A program made the translations under genes and the position numbers. The notes beneath the pieces are model-generated. The model worked only from the letters and a program-made list of their open reading frames with translations, was not told the origin of the DNA and searched no databases. From a virus, in the IMG/VR virus record IMGVR_UViG_3300004097_000003, positions 1,002-65,001 of that record: DNA of 64,000 bases; one strand, given 5' to 3'. Of the stretch, positions 56,213 through 64,000 are shown piece by piece; the stretch's first letter is position 1, and the number at the start of each line of letters is the position of its first letter.

Positions 56213-56953
56213 TTAAATTTTAGTTCTGACCTCAGAAGAATCAACGCCTAAAGAATCCAATATATCGCACATATCTAGTAATCTCTGTCGGAGTCGCCAG
56301 CTCTCCAAGGTATCAGAAGTAGTGTTTAATTTGGTCAATAATCGAGCAGTTCGACTTTTGTATGTGTCTATACTAGATGAAAAAACAGCCCCGTCAGAGT
56401 AGCTTTGGAGGCGTGTTAAAGCGCTTTGGGCGGTGTCCGTAGGGACTTCATCTAGCCACACTAGGCTTTTAGGGTTAACTTGCACATAGTCACTATGTAG
56501 CATAATATAAGGTTCTTTCTCTCCCCATACGGCCATAATCAAAAGATCATAGTCAGGCTTAACTAGTAATATGGGTTGGCACTCAAAACGCAGTTTGCCG
56601 TCAGGATTACCGAACGTAGTGTTGTGTACTAAGTCGGTCTTAGTGATATATGAGGCACTATCTATATCACTAAGTAATTGACGGCCAGCTAAGGTCCTAG
56701 TATCTGGAAAGTGTGCGTACAAATTATCATACCCACTTTCCACAACGAGACGTTTATGTCGAAACATAGGGTTATCTACCAAGTATGAATATGCAAGGTA
56801 AGGGTTTTGTTTTGAGTCAGCACCTATATCTTCCGCATCATACTTAGCAAGAACGTCCAATCTCGCTAGTCGTTCATCGGCCTTTAAAATTTGCAGATTG
56901 CGAAGGCGAGAACTAAGCTCACCTCCAACCACTACGTAATAGTATAGGTTCAT
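56213..56953 (-). CDS. hypothetical protein (246 aa)
   Basis: Packed ORF. Confidence 0.75.
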   Translation of the reverse strand: MNLYYYVVVGGELSSRLRNLQILKADERLARLDVLAKYDAEDIGADSKQNPYLAYSYLVDNPMFRHKRLVVESGYDNLYAHFPDTRTLAGRQLLSDIDSASYITKTDLVHNTTFGNPDGKLRFECQPILLVKPDYDLLIMAVWGEKEPYIMLHSDYVQVNPKSLVWLDEVPTDTAQSALTRLQSYSDGAVFSSSIDTYKSRTARLLTKLNTTSDTLESWRLRQRLLDMCDILDSLGVDSSEVRTKI

Positions 56954-57631
56954 TTACTTTCTTCTCTTGTGGGACCTTTTAGTCTTACCGATAGCGTGTT
57001 TTATTGTAGTCTTTAAGTACATCTGTCCTCTGATTTTCTTGGAGGCGTTGATGGCGTCAGCGGATGCACATATAGGACTTATAAATCTCTCGTCGTCGTC
57101 AATCTCCACTGCCCCTACTTTGTATATACCTGCGCCTGCATCGTCTATAAAAACATCGTTAAAGTCCGACATAGTAAAAGCTATTTGATAATCAGCAGAG
57201 GGTACTAATGGGTCTAGGCCACATCCTTCGGTAAAGTGTACTGCTTTAAGTCCGCAGTACTCACGGTAGTTGTATCTACTATCAGTACCCGTCAGTAGCA
57301 CCACTAGCGTTACGTTACTTCTTTCGGCTACATCAATGAAATACTCCGGAGTGGTAATAGATCCATCTAAACAGTCAGGGTCAATAGACGCGAAGTGTTG
57401 TAATAACTTAGACTCATTATTATGTTGGGATTCTTTTATAGATACTATAAAATGACTATTGCTTTCATCTAACGTGATGGCTTCTACGAAAGGAGACATC
57501 AATGCTGTGCATTGTATAAGTTCAAATAGCTGCTTCAATTCAGGACTGTCTGACTTGACATTTTTCTTCAAAGAACCAAAAGCCCAGTTCCATGTTTCGA
57601 CATAGAAGTCGGATTTGTTTAATACGCCCAT
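56954..57631 (-). CDS. hypothetical protein (225 aa)
   Basis: GGAG RBS. Confidence 0.75.
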   Translation of the reverse strand: MGVLNKSDFYVETWNWAFGSLKKNVKSDSPELKQLFELIQCTALMSPFVEAITLDESNSHFIVSIKESQHNNESKLLQHFASIDPDCLDGSITTPEYFIDVAERSNVTLVVLLTGTDSRYNYREYCGLKAVHFTEGCGLDPLVPSADYQIAFTMSDFNDVFIDDAGAGIYKVGAVEIDDDERFISPICASADAINASKKIRGQMYLKTTIKHAIGKTKRSHKRRK

Positions 57632-57641
57632 GGTAATTCTC

Positions 57642-58181
57642 CTACAAAGTTATCTCAATGTGTTCGTCTATATAGTTCAATCTACTTATGTTATCTACGT
57701 CAATAGATAGATTCTCAAGTGAATTTACTATGTCGCCAGGCATTACTGAAATCAAGTTGCCTTCAGGCAAGCCTATCTGTTTGGCTATTACATCGTATTG
57801 AGATAAACATTCGGTGGATTTTATATCTATGAATGCCTGACTTAAGCTCAGTAGTACGTCATTCATCCAATGACCCGGATTGAATATCCTACCATTACAC
57901 AGCAGTAGTACGTCAATATCATCTTCGCTAGTCATACCTCTTTTAGTCATAACTATGAAGGAAGTAGTTTGGGCATTACCAGTCGAATGAGGGTCGGATT
58001 CATTAGATGTAGAATCAACACAGAAGATTTTATAATCTACATCTAATAAAATTTGAGACTCTACCTGCAGACTGTACATGAGATTAAGGCTGCCATCTAC
58101 ATCTACTGTTTTTGGTATAGGCGCAATAGCCTTGATGACTTCAGGTAGCACATTAGGTTGAAATAGTTGTGAGTTCATCAT
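57642..58181 (-). CDS. hypothetical protein (179 aa)
   Basis: AAGGT RBS. Confidence 0.75.
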   Translation of the reverse strand: MMNSQLFQPNVLPEVIKAIAPIPKTVDVDGSLNLMYSLQVESQILLDVDYKIFCVDSTSNESDPHSTGNAQTTSFIVMTKRGMTSEDDIDVLLLCNGRIFNPGHWMNDVLLSLSQAFIDIKSTECLSQYDVIAKQIGLPEGNLISVMPGDIVNSLENLSIDVDNISRLNYIDEHIEITL

Positions 58182-58187
58182 ATTACC

Positions 58188-58760
58188 TTATCGTCTTGCT
58201 TTGAATTTATAAAGAATCAAAGTTCGATCAGGGTACTCTTCAAGTACTTCGTTTATAACAGGCACAATCAACTTTAAAGGAGTACCGTTGTTACCTACAC
58301 CAGGCTGAGCCAATGCGATTCGCCCATGAGGGTAAAGGTTAAATAGCTGTCGCAGTGAATCTGCAAAATGTTTAAGGTTAATATGACCAGTGTGATCGCT
58401 ATAGTGCTTCTTGGTCTTAAAGTTACCATAGCCGAACTGTATGTATAAGTTTACCAGGTCCGTACCTTTATCCGTAGTGCAAGCTTTAATTGTACCTAAT
58501 TTAGATTCGTTACCTTTACCGCTTTCTTTATCCACTTGGGAGAACTGTGGATATTTTTCAGAAAGAGTACGTAGTACGCCTACGCCCATGGCATTGAAGC
58601 AGTTCATGCCAACAGCAAGGACATCAAAGTCTTTACTGTTTAAATCTCGAAAGACGTTAGACTCACGCTCAACTATGCGAGAGGTACCCGTCTGAATTGT
58701 AGCTTTGGAGCCTATGCCCCCTGCCAGAAGTTCTTCTAATTTTTTGTTACTGACTTTCAT
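58188..58760 (-). CDS. macrodomain (Appr-1-p processing / ADP-ribose binding) protein
   Basis: DVLAVGMNCFNAMGVGV matches HGCNCFxxMGxGIA; VNLYIQ; PGVGNNG..IVPVI. Confidence 0.85.
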   Translation of the reverse strand: MKVSNKKLEELLAGGIGSKATIQTGTSRIVERESNVFRDLNSKDFDVLAVGMNCFNAMGVGVLRTLSEKYPQFSQVDKESGKGNESKLGTIKACTTDKGTDLVNLYIQFGYGNFKTKKHYSDHTGHINLKHFADSLRQLFNLYPHGRIALAQPGVGNNGTPLKLIVPVINEVLEEYPDRTLILYKFKARR

Positions 58761-58835
58761 TTTTCTCTGTCTCCTAGAGGATAATTAAGTTAACTCAAGT
58801 TGAGTATTCCTTTATATTGATTATTGGTCTAATAT

Positions 58836-59276
58836 CTATTTACAGTTTTGTGATTCTTTAACCGTAGGATAAATAGATTCGTGTAAACTAGATACTTCTT
58901 TGCCGTAGTGTAGGTCAGCGTCTAAAGCGGTTATTTCATTTGCTTCATCAGGGAAGATAGCAGAGTCGTCATATACGAAGACCTTACCGTGACGTGATAT
59001 TAGGTTGTACGCGAATGAGGCCATCTGGTCTAAAGTCTTACTGCCATACCGAATAGTTAAATCTACCCAGAACGTTCCGTTATCGAGCTTAGCAAGCATG
59101 ACCGCGTGTGGGTCATCCCCGGTAAAGAAACCTACAGGCTCAAACAGGTCTTGCTTAACGTCAAGCCAAGTACAACCAGTGAACATCTTATCCCGCTTAA
59201 CAGCTTTGTTTGAGAAAAACTTCTCAAATGCCTCTGCATCATCAGGCTCTATAATAAATACGTAGTCTAAACTCAT
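58836..59276 (-). CDS. hypothetical protein (146 aa)
   Basis: Packed ORF. Confidence 0.75.
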   Translation of the reverse strand: MSLDYVFIIEPDDAEAFEKFFSNKAVKRDKMFTGCTWLDVKQDLFEPVGFFTGDDPHAVMLAKLDNGTFWVDLTIRYGSKTLDQMASFAYNLISRHGKVFVYDDSAIFPDEANEITALDADLHYGKEVSSLHESIYPTVKESQNCK

Positions 59277-59277
59277 G

Positions 59278-59727
59278 CTATTTCACCAACGATAAATGGG
59301 ATTTCTTTTTAACGGGCGCTACTACTTCCGCAGGAGCCATTTGATTAATATAAGGGTTGAGCACTTCTTGGTACAACGTTTCGTTAGTAGGAGATATAGC
59401 AGTTAGGTTAATCATACTACCTACTGGTATAAACAAGTCAGTTGCCTTTCCTTCAAATCGAACTAACGTGTGAATAAATCCACCATCTATATTAAACATA
59501 CTGATAGCGTCAGGCGATACGTCAAGAGTAACACATAGGTTGTTAATCTTGTCTTCAGGTATTCCTTCAAATATACGCTTATTAGTTTCAGGATTAACGA
59601 CTAATATACGGCCGTATATCTTATTTACGTTATCGTCATTAGCCATCACGTCAATGATTGCAGTAATAAGGGCCGTGCGGACCTCATCGGCTAAAGGATT
59701 ATACCCACCTGTCTGTAACATTATCAT
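59278..59727 (-). CDS. sspB: SspB-like ClpXP adaptor
   Basis: VTLDVSPDAI...VRFEG...LFIPVGSMINLTA parallels SspB IVLNIAPRAV...ARFGG...VSVP..AVLAIYA; C-terminus HLSLVK resembles the ClpX-binding LRVVK. Confidence 0.75.
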   Translation of the reverse strand: MIMLQTGGYNPLADEVRTALITAIIDVMANDDNVNKIYGRILVVNPETNKRIFEGIPEDKINNLCVTLDVSPDAISMFNIDGGFIHTLVRFEGKATDLFIPVGSMINLTAISPTNETLYQEVLNPYINQMAPAEVVAPVKKKSHLSLVK

Positions 59728-59736
59728 AGTGTTTCC

Positions 59737-60747
59737 TTATGTGAACATCAGCGATGTCATCTTGAATTTCTTTTTAAGTTTACGTATCTTGTCACCATCG
59801 ATCTCACCCATACGCATATCATCCATACTAGGTAAATCTTCGATGTCTATTTTAATACGTGCTAGTTTACGTGTTAGTGAGAAAGGAGGCAGTATGCCTT
59901 TCGTTCCTTTATCACCTCGCATTGCTCTCTTCCAAACGGCTGTACCCTTTATATCTTTACGTACTGCCTTTAGTTTACTTAACTTACCGTACTCGTTAAG
60001 TAACCCAACTGCCGTCTTAGATCCGATACCGTCGACGCCCGTAATGTTATCCACCTTATCACCGCATAGCATTAAGTACTCAATGATTTGGTTGACTTTA
60101 ACTCCGAAATGTTTAATACATTCTTCGTCATTGCCTATCCTAACTTCAGGTAGCTTACCTTGAGCAGGCATAACATGCGTAACCTTACCTTCGACAGCAA
60201 CCTGAGCAAAATCTTTATCACGACTTTGAAGTTCAATGATTGCATTGTCTTGGTTCTGGTAAGCTATACTTCCTAAGTAATCGTCGGCCTCATAAGGCGC
60301 GCCTATAACAACGCATATACCACTTGCCTTAAGGTATCGTTGAATCCATTTGATTTGCTCACGCATAGAGTCGGCAACCTCAGGGTCTTTACTACGATTG
60401 CCTTTGTATGAATGAGAATGCTCTTTATCGTCGGGCTTTACCATGCCACAAGTTATAGCGCGTTTAGGATTCGATTCAACCCACTCTTCAATCAAGTCAT
60501 GGCGGAATGTTTTGAACGAAGGTACATCGAACGCAACACAGATACGATGGTCTTTAATGCCTTCGCGCTTACGTCTGTTTATCAAAGACATAATCATTGT
60601 GTTGAACCCTTTAATAGCATTGGTATTAAAGCCTTTACCATTATCGAGTTTACCAAAGCCTACTGCATAGAACGCACGGTTGGCCCAGTTGTTACCATCA
60701 ATTAGATCTAAGTGAGGTAATTGCTTCTTCTGTTTCTTCTTTGCCAT
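59737..60747 (-). CDS. 5'-3' exonuclease / flap endonuclease (Pol I N-terminal-like, T4 RNase H family)
   Basis: LIDGNNWANRAFY, VAFD, YKGNR, YEADDYLGS, SRDKDF, GDKVDNITGVDGIGSKTA. Confidence 0.95.
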   Translation of the reverse strand: MAKKKQKKQLPHLDLIDGNNWANRAFYAVGFGKLDNGKGFNTNAIKGFNTMIMSLINRRKREGIKDHRICVAFDVPSFKTFRHDLIEEWVESNPKRAITCGMVKPDDKEHSHSYKGNRSKDPEVADSMREQIKWIQRYLKASGICVVIGAPYEADDYLGSIAYQNQDNAIIELQSRDKDFAQVAVEGKVTHVMPAQGKLPEVRIGNDEECIKHFGVKVNQIIEYLMLCGDKVDNITGVDGIGSKTAVGLLNEYGKLSKLKAVRKDIKGTAVWKRAMRGDKGTKGILPPFSLTRKLARIKIDIEDLPSMDDMRMGEIDGDKIRKLKKKFKMTSLMFT

Positions 60748-61232
60748 TAGTAGATTATCTCGGATTTATGTTCGATGACGATAGTTGGATTGTTATCGGT
60801 CAGACGAATCTCATTAGTGTAGTGTGCCATACCGTTGTCTTCAAGGTTTGTGAAGATAGGTGACAAGAATGATTTCTTAAATTTATAATCTTCGCTGGAA
60901 GGTTCCAACTCATAGCCTAAGTGGATGATGCTGTCGTATCTACCTAACGTGTTGAGGACTGAACTACCTGCTGTCCTGAACTGAAAGATTACATTGTGTA
61001 CAGGAGGAAGACAGGCATCTATATACATGTCGGCTAAGTACGGAATAGGTTTACCTAAATCTATATCACCCATCACTTTAGTATGAAGTTCCGATAACGA
61101 TTCTTCTGTGTTGAACTTAGAGGCGAGTGCTAGAACTAAAGACGACATACGTTCGCCACCTTCAGGTAGATGTATTTTAACGGCAGTAAAACCATTACAT
61201 GTGATTGCTATTAAGCCTGAGTACTTAGTCAT
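60747..61232 (-). CDS. hypothetical protein (161 aa)
   Basis: AGGA RBS; first gene after a terminator/promoter module. Confidence 0.75.
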   Translation of the reverse strand: MTKYSGLIAITCNGFTAVKIHLPEGGERMSSLVLALASKFNTEESLSELHTKVMGDIDLGKPIPYLADMYIDACLPPVHNVIFQFRTAGSSVLNTLGRYDSIIHLGYELEPSSEDYKFKKSFLSPIFTNLEDNGMAHYTNEIRLTDNNPTIVIEHKSEIIY

Positions 61233-61287
61233 GCTATATTCCTAGTTATCTTCTATTACTCTCTATTTACAGTATAGTGGAGACCTG

Positions 61288-61311
61288 AAAAAGGGCAGCC
61301 TGAGCCACCCT
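61288..61311 (-). terminator. intrinsic terminator
   Basis: AGGGTGGC-TCAG-GCTGCCCT followed by T-run on the minus strand. Confidence 0.8.
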
Positions 61312-61314
61312 CTT

Positions 61315-61593
61315 TTAGTCTTGCTCTTTAATTGAGCCCTTGGCAATTCTACCCGTATAGTCCTTGTAGACTTCTTTTAATGTATGCCTACCCATGTTCA
61401 TTACTGACTCTACGAATAGGTAGTTAGGCGATGAATTAGGAAACGTTAAATCGTACAAGTTACGAAGCTCGGACTTAATATCTTCTGGGTCTTTACCAAG
61501 AGTGACGACCACAGAAACTCTGTTTGAAGCTTCATTCATGCTTATTAAAAGAGGTGTCACACAATGATGACACATTACCTGAGTCTTTAGCAT
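61315..61593 (-). CDS. hypothetical protein (92 aa)
   Basis: ORF with an N-terminal CxxC. Confidence 0.65.
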   Translation of the reverse strand: MLKTQVMCHHCVTPLLISMNEASNRVSVVVTLGKDPEDIKSELRNLYDLTFPNSSPNYLFVESVMNMGRHTLKEVYKDYTGRIAKGSIKEQD

Positions 61594-61605
61594 AATGAGT
61601 TAGAT

Positions 61606-61995
61606 CTAGTTCCAGGTCTCTTCCGCTTCATCGTCGTCCTCCTCCTCTTCATCGTCGTCATCTACACCAACGTACATTGTTACCAGTACTAAGACTGATG
61701 GACATGGACCAGTCAATCGAATTACCTGAGTAACAAGGACCCCGCCTAGCTCTGAAATCTCCTCAGCTAAATCTCCTCCTAAATCAGCCAAGTAAGACGC
61801 AAAAGCTGGTACCAAAAGCTCAGCAGTAGTGTAATCTATAATATCAGAGGCAGGTAGATACTCCTCCGCTACGTCTCCAAACCCTGATATAAGCTCTGCA
61901 TGTTCTTGGTAATCGTCTAGACCCTCAGGTATGATAATTACTTTAGGTTCCGTTGTAAGTTCTATTTTAGCATATCCGAATAGTTGGTCGTTCAT
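61606..61995 (-). CDS. highly acidic hypothetical protein (129 aa)
   Basis: Ends DDDDEEEEDDDEAEETWN. Confidence 0.75.
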   Translation of the reverse strand: MNDQLFGYAKIELTTEPKVIIIPEGLDDYQEHAELISGFGDVAEEYLPASDIIDYTTAELLVPAFASYLADLGGDLAEEISELGGVLVTQVIRLTGPCPSVLVLVTMYVGVDDDDEEEEDDDEAEETWN

Positions 61996-62315
61996 TTTGA
62001 TGTCCTTAATGTATGTGCTTTATGTAACGCACGGAGTTTCGTTTCGTTTGTAGACTCAACCATAGCGTAATAGTACTCGTAGGTTAAATCGGGGTTATCT
62101 GAGATCTGCATAGGAGTATACTTAGAGTAAAAATCAGCGCTGACAATTGATGTCAACTCCTTAATGTAGTCCATTTGATCTTGCTTACTCAGTAGGTTAT
62201 CTATATCTAGATCAAATGAATTCCAGCTTCCCTCTCCTACTAAAGAAGAGGTATAGCCTCCCATATACTGGTCTGCATACCACTTAGTGAGTTCTTCTAA
62301 TGTAGTTTCTTCCAT
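61992..62315 (-). CDS. hypothetical protein (107 aa)
   Basis: AGGAGG RBS. Confidence 0.75.
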   Translation of the reverse strand: MEETTLEELTKWYADQYMGGYTSSLVGEGSWNSFDLDIDNLLSKQDQMDYIKELTSIVSADFYSKYTPMQISDNPDLTYEYYYAMVESTNETKLRALHKAHTLRTSK

Positions 62316-62324
62316 GTCACCTCC

Positions 62325-62687
62325 TTAAATATCAAATAAGAAACCATTCACAGTAGCGTTAGACTTAGATAGAAGGCTTACATCTGAAACTGTGCCGTCT
62401 AGAAAGTAATTAACTTTCTGGATGACTAGGCCCATAGCCACAATAAAGGGTTCTGGAAATTCACTGATGTTGGTTAGCACTTTTATATCACTACTGAGAG
62501 TAAGGTCGGTAATATTGTCACCACTAGCTGTACTAAGGTAAACGTATTCAGGAACAACTCTATCTTTAAAGCTGAACCTAACGCCTATCCCGTATTGAGG
62601 AGATTTAACACATTGGAATATAAGTCTCAAACCAATAGAATCGGGCTTCTTCTTTTTAAGTCTATCTGCAAAAGTTACTATATCCAT
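62325..62687 (-). CDS. hypothetical protein (120 aa)
   Basis: TAATG overlap. Confidence 0.7.
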   Translation of the reverse strand: MDIVTFADRLKKKKPDSIGLRLIFQCVKSPQYGIGVRFSFKDRVVPEYVYLSTASGDNITDLTLSSDIKVLTNISEFPEPFIVAMGLVIQKVNYFLDGTVSDVSLLSKSNATVNGFLFDI

Positions 62688-63520
62688 TATCTTAAACTCG
62701 CTTGTCGTGCTGTCTCAATAGGTGATATATAATCACCTTGGTTCATCTTCTTAACTTTCAGTAGGACCGAACTCATACGCTTTGATATACGCTCAGGCAG
62801 TACGTTCCTTAAATGCGTATACGTAGCGACATTAAGTGGGTAGAAACCTACCTGGGATCTAAAAAATAGTTCATTCTCAAGTTCCTCTCGCAAGTGTTCT
62901 TTTATATGGCCCGGAGAAGTAAGGCGCTCCATGGCAATCAATTTAAACAAAGCTCTGTAAAAATGATCAAGAAAGAATGTAATATCAGGCTGATCAAAGA
63001 AATAGACAGGCATTATTATAGCCATGTCTACATACAGCTTCCAGTACTCTTCTTCGGACTTTAAGTTTAAGGCGCGTCCTTTGTCATCAAGTTTGAATTT
63101 ACTTTGATTTACGTCCACTGAGTCAAACAAAGCCCGGTCCATCGAACGCGCAAATAACTCACGGTCTTGCTGTAGGTGCATTCTAGTCAATGAGGCGGTC
63201 AGTATGTTATTTGAATTCTCGTAGTAGCCGAGATTGAATAAGTATGGCTCGTTAATCTCACGTCTCCAAAGGTAAGCGCCTCGTGCTGTAAATCTAGGAC
63301 GGTCGGAACCGTCTTTGAATCCAAAAGAGTATAAGTTACCTGCATTACGCTTACTAATACTTTTAAATATAGAATAATAAAAAGAGTCTAATAGTTCTTT
63401 CTGTAATTCCATTATTTCTTTATAGGTAGGGCTCATGCCGCTTGCTTTACGTACGGCAGTCTTTACTTTATTCTTACGCGACAATATGGATGAATACCAC
63501 TTGCTTAGTTTTTTAAACAT
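62687..63520 (-). CDS. hypothetical protein
   Basis: ATG 63520 (MFKKLSKW) follows the upstream stop at 63522. Confidence 0.75.
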   Translation of the reverse strand: MFKKLSKWYSSILSRKNKVKTAVRKASGMSPTYKEIMELQKELLDSFYYSIFKSISKRNAGNLYSFGFKDGSDRPRFTARGAYLWRREINEPYLFNLGYYENSNNILTASLTRMHLQQDRELFARSMDRALFDSVDVNQSKFKLDDKGRALNLKSEEEYWKLYVDMAIIMPVYFFDQPDITFFLDHFYRALFKLIAMERLTSPGHIKEHLREELENELFFRSQVGFYPLNVATYTHLRNVLPERISKRMSSVLLKVKKMNQGDYISPIETARQASLR

Positions 63521-63521
63521 A

Positions 63522-64000
63522 TTAAAGTCCACTTCTTTTCATTGCATCCAACTCAGATTTTCTAGGCTTCTTAGAAGTCCTAGTGCGGTGAGTAAGAGGC
63601 GTTTGTTGATTAGCGGTAATCTCTCCCATCGCTCGTACTATGCTACCATTAGCTTGCTCGTTCGCAAGTTTCTGATTATAAATCCATTTCTTTTTGCCTG
63701 TACGAGTCTGACCCACAATCTCTGATTGCTCACCGAAGTCCCGACTAGCTAGAGATTGACGACCCTTTCCTGCTAGGACTCGGCTACGTGGACCTACTAC
63801 GGAGCTAAATGATTCCATGTCGTCGTCACCGCCACCACCATAAGTTTTCTTAAGATCTTTGAGACGTTTATCATACTCAAGAATCTGGCGCTGCATTGAC
63901 ATATCTTCTTCTTGATTCATTAACAGAGTATCTAAGTTGAATCCACCTGCGGCAGCTAAAGCACGTAAAGGTACAGGTACGCCTAGCTCTTGCATACCTC
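63522..64000 (-). CDS. C-terminal part of a larger protein, possibly portal
   Basis: Frame open to the window edge; GVPVPLRALAAAGGFNLDTL recalls jumbo-phage portal C-termini (from memory only). Confidence 0.35.
   Translation of the reverse strand, partial: GMQELGVPVPLRALAAAGGFNLDTLLMNQEEDMSMQRQILEYDKRLKDLKKTYGGGGDDDMESFSSVVGPRSRVLAGKGRQSLASRDFGEQSEIVGQTRTGKKKWIYNQKLANEQANGSIVRAMGEITANQQTPLTHRTRTSKKPRKSELDAMKRSGL

Noticed and set aside
59540-60163. 207-aa plus-strand ORF
   Set aside because: Fully antisense to the well-supported exonuclease and SspB genes; no motif.
1-64000. tRNA, rRNA, integrase, transposase, group I/II introns
   Set aside because: None recognised; intergenic gaps are mostly under 160 bp and no cloverleaf or intron core was evident by eye. 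tRNAscan/Infernal would be needed to exclude them.

Overview
This is a 64 kb segment of a large lytic myovirus (jumbo-phage-like). It is AT-rich, very gene-dense, and shows no recognisable tRNA, rRNA, CRISPR array or integrase. The host is probably a Gram-negative proteobacterium (SspB homologue, lipoboxes, spanin-like genes), possibly marine (acidic, Calx-beta-rich fibres). There are three transcription blocks. (1) 1-17072, minus strand: accessory and replication genes, including a MazG-like protein, DUF4326, a degenerate terminase-ATPase-like protein, a UvrD helicase, a dCMP deaminase, an SPFH lipoprotein, a 2OG-Fe(II) oxygenase and about 20 hypotheticals. (2) 17138-55633, plus strand: a contractile-tail baseplate (PAAR, gp25-like, gp6/J-like, giant Ig-repeat wedge), an elaborate fibre locus, a four-gene envelope cassette led by a periplasmic-binding-protein-like gene, two paralogous virion-protein families and a lysis cassette. 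(3) 55660-64000, minus strand: a macrodomain, an SspB homologue, a Pol I-type 5'-3' exonuclease, hypotheticals and a possible portal C-terminus. The most notable region is the fibre locus (26386-40502). It holds five paralogous collagen-like proteins with Cys at a fixed triplet register, several Calx-beta domains, a vWA/MIDAS domain and Cys-repeat stalks. One collagen fibre ends in a non-splicing Hint autoprocessing domain after a GSTGGG linker. All assignments come from motif recognition by eye; no database search was run.
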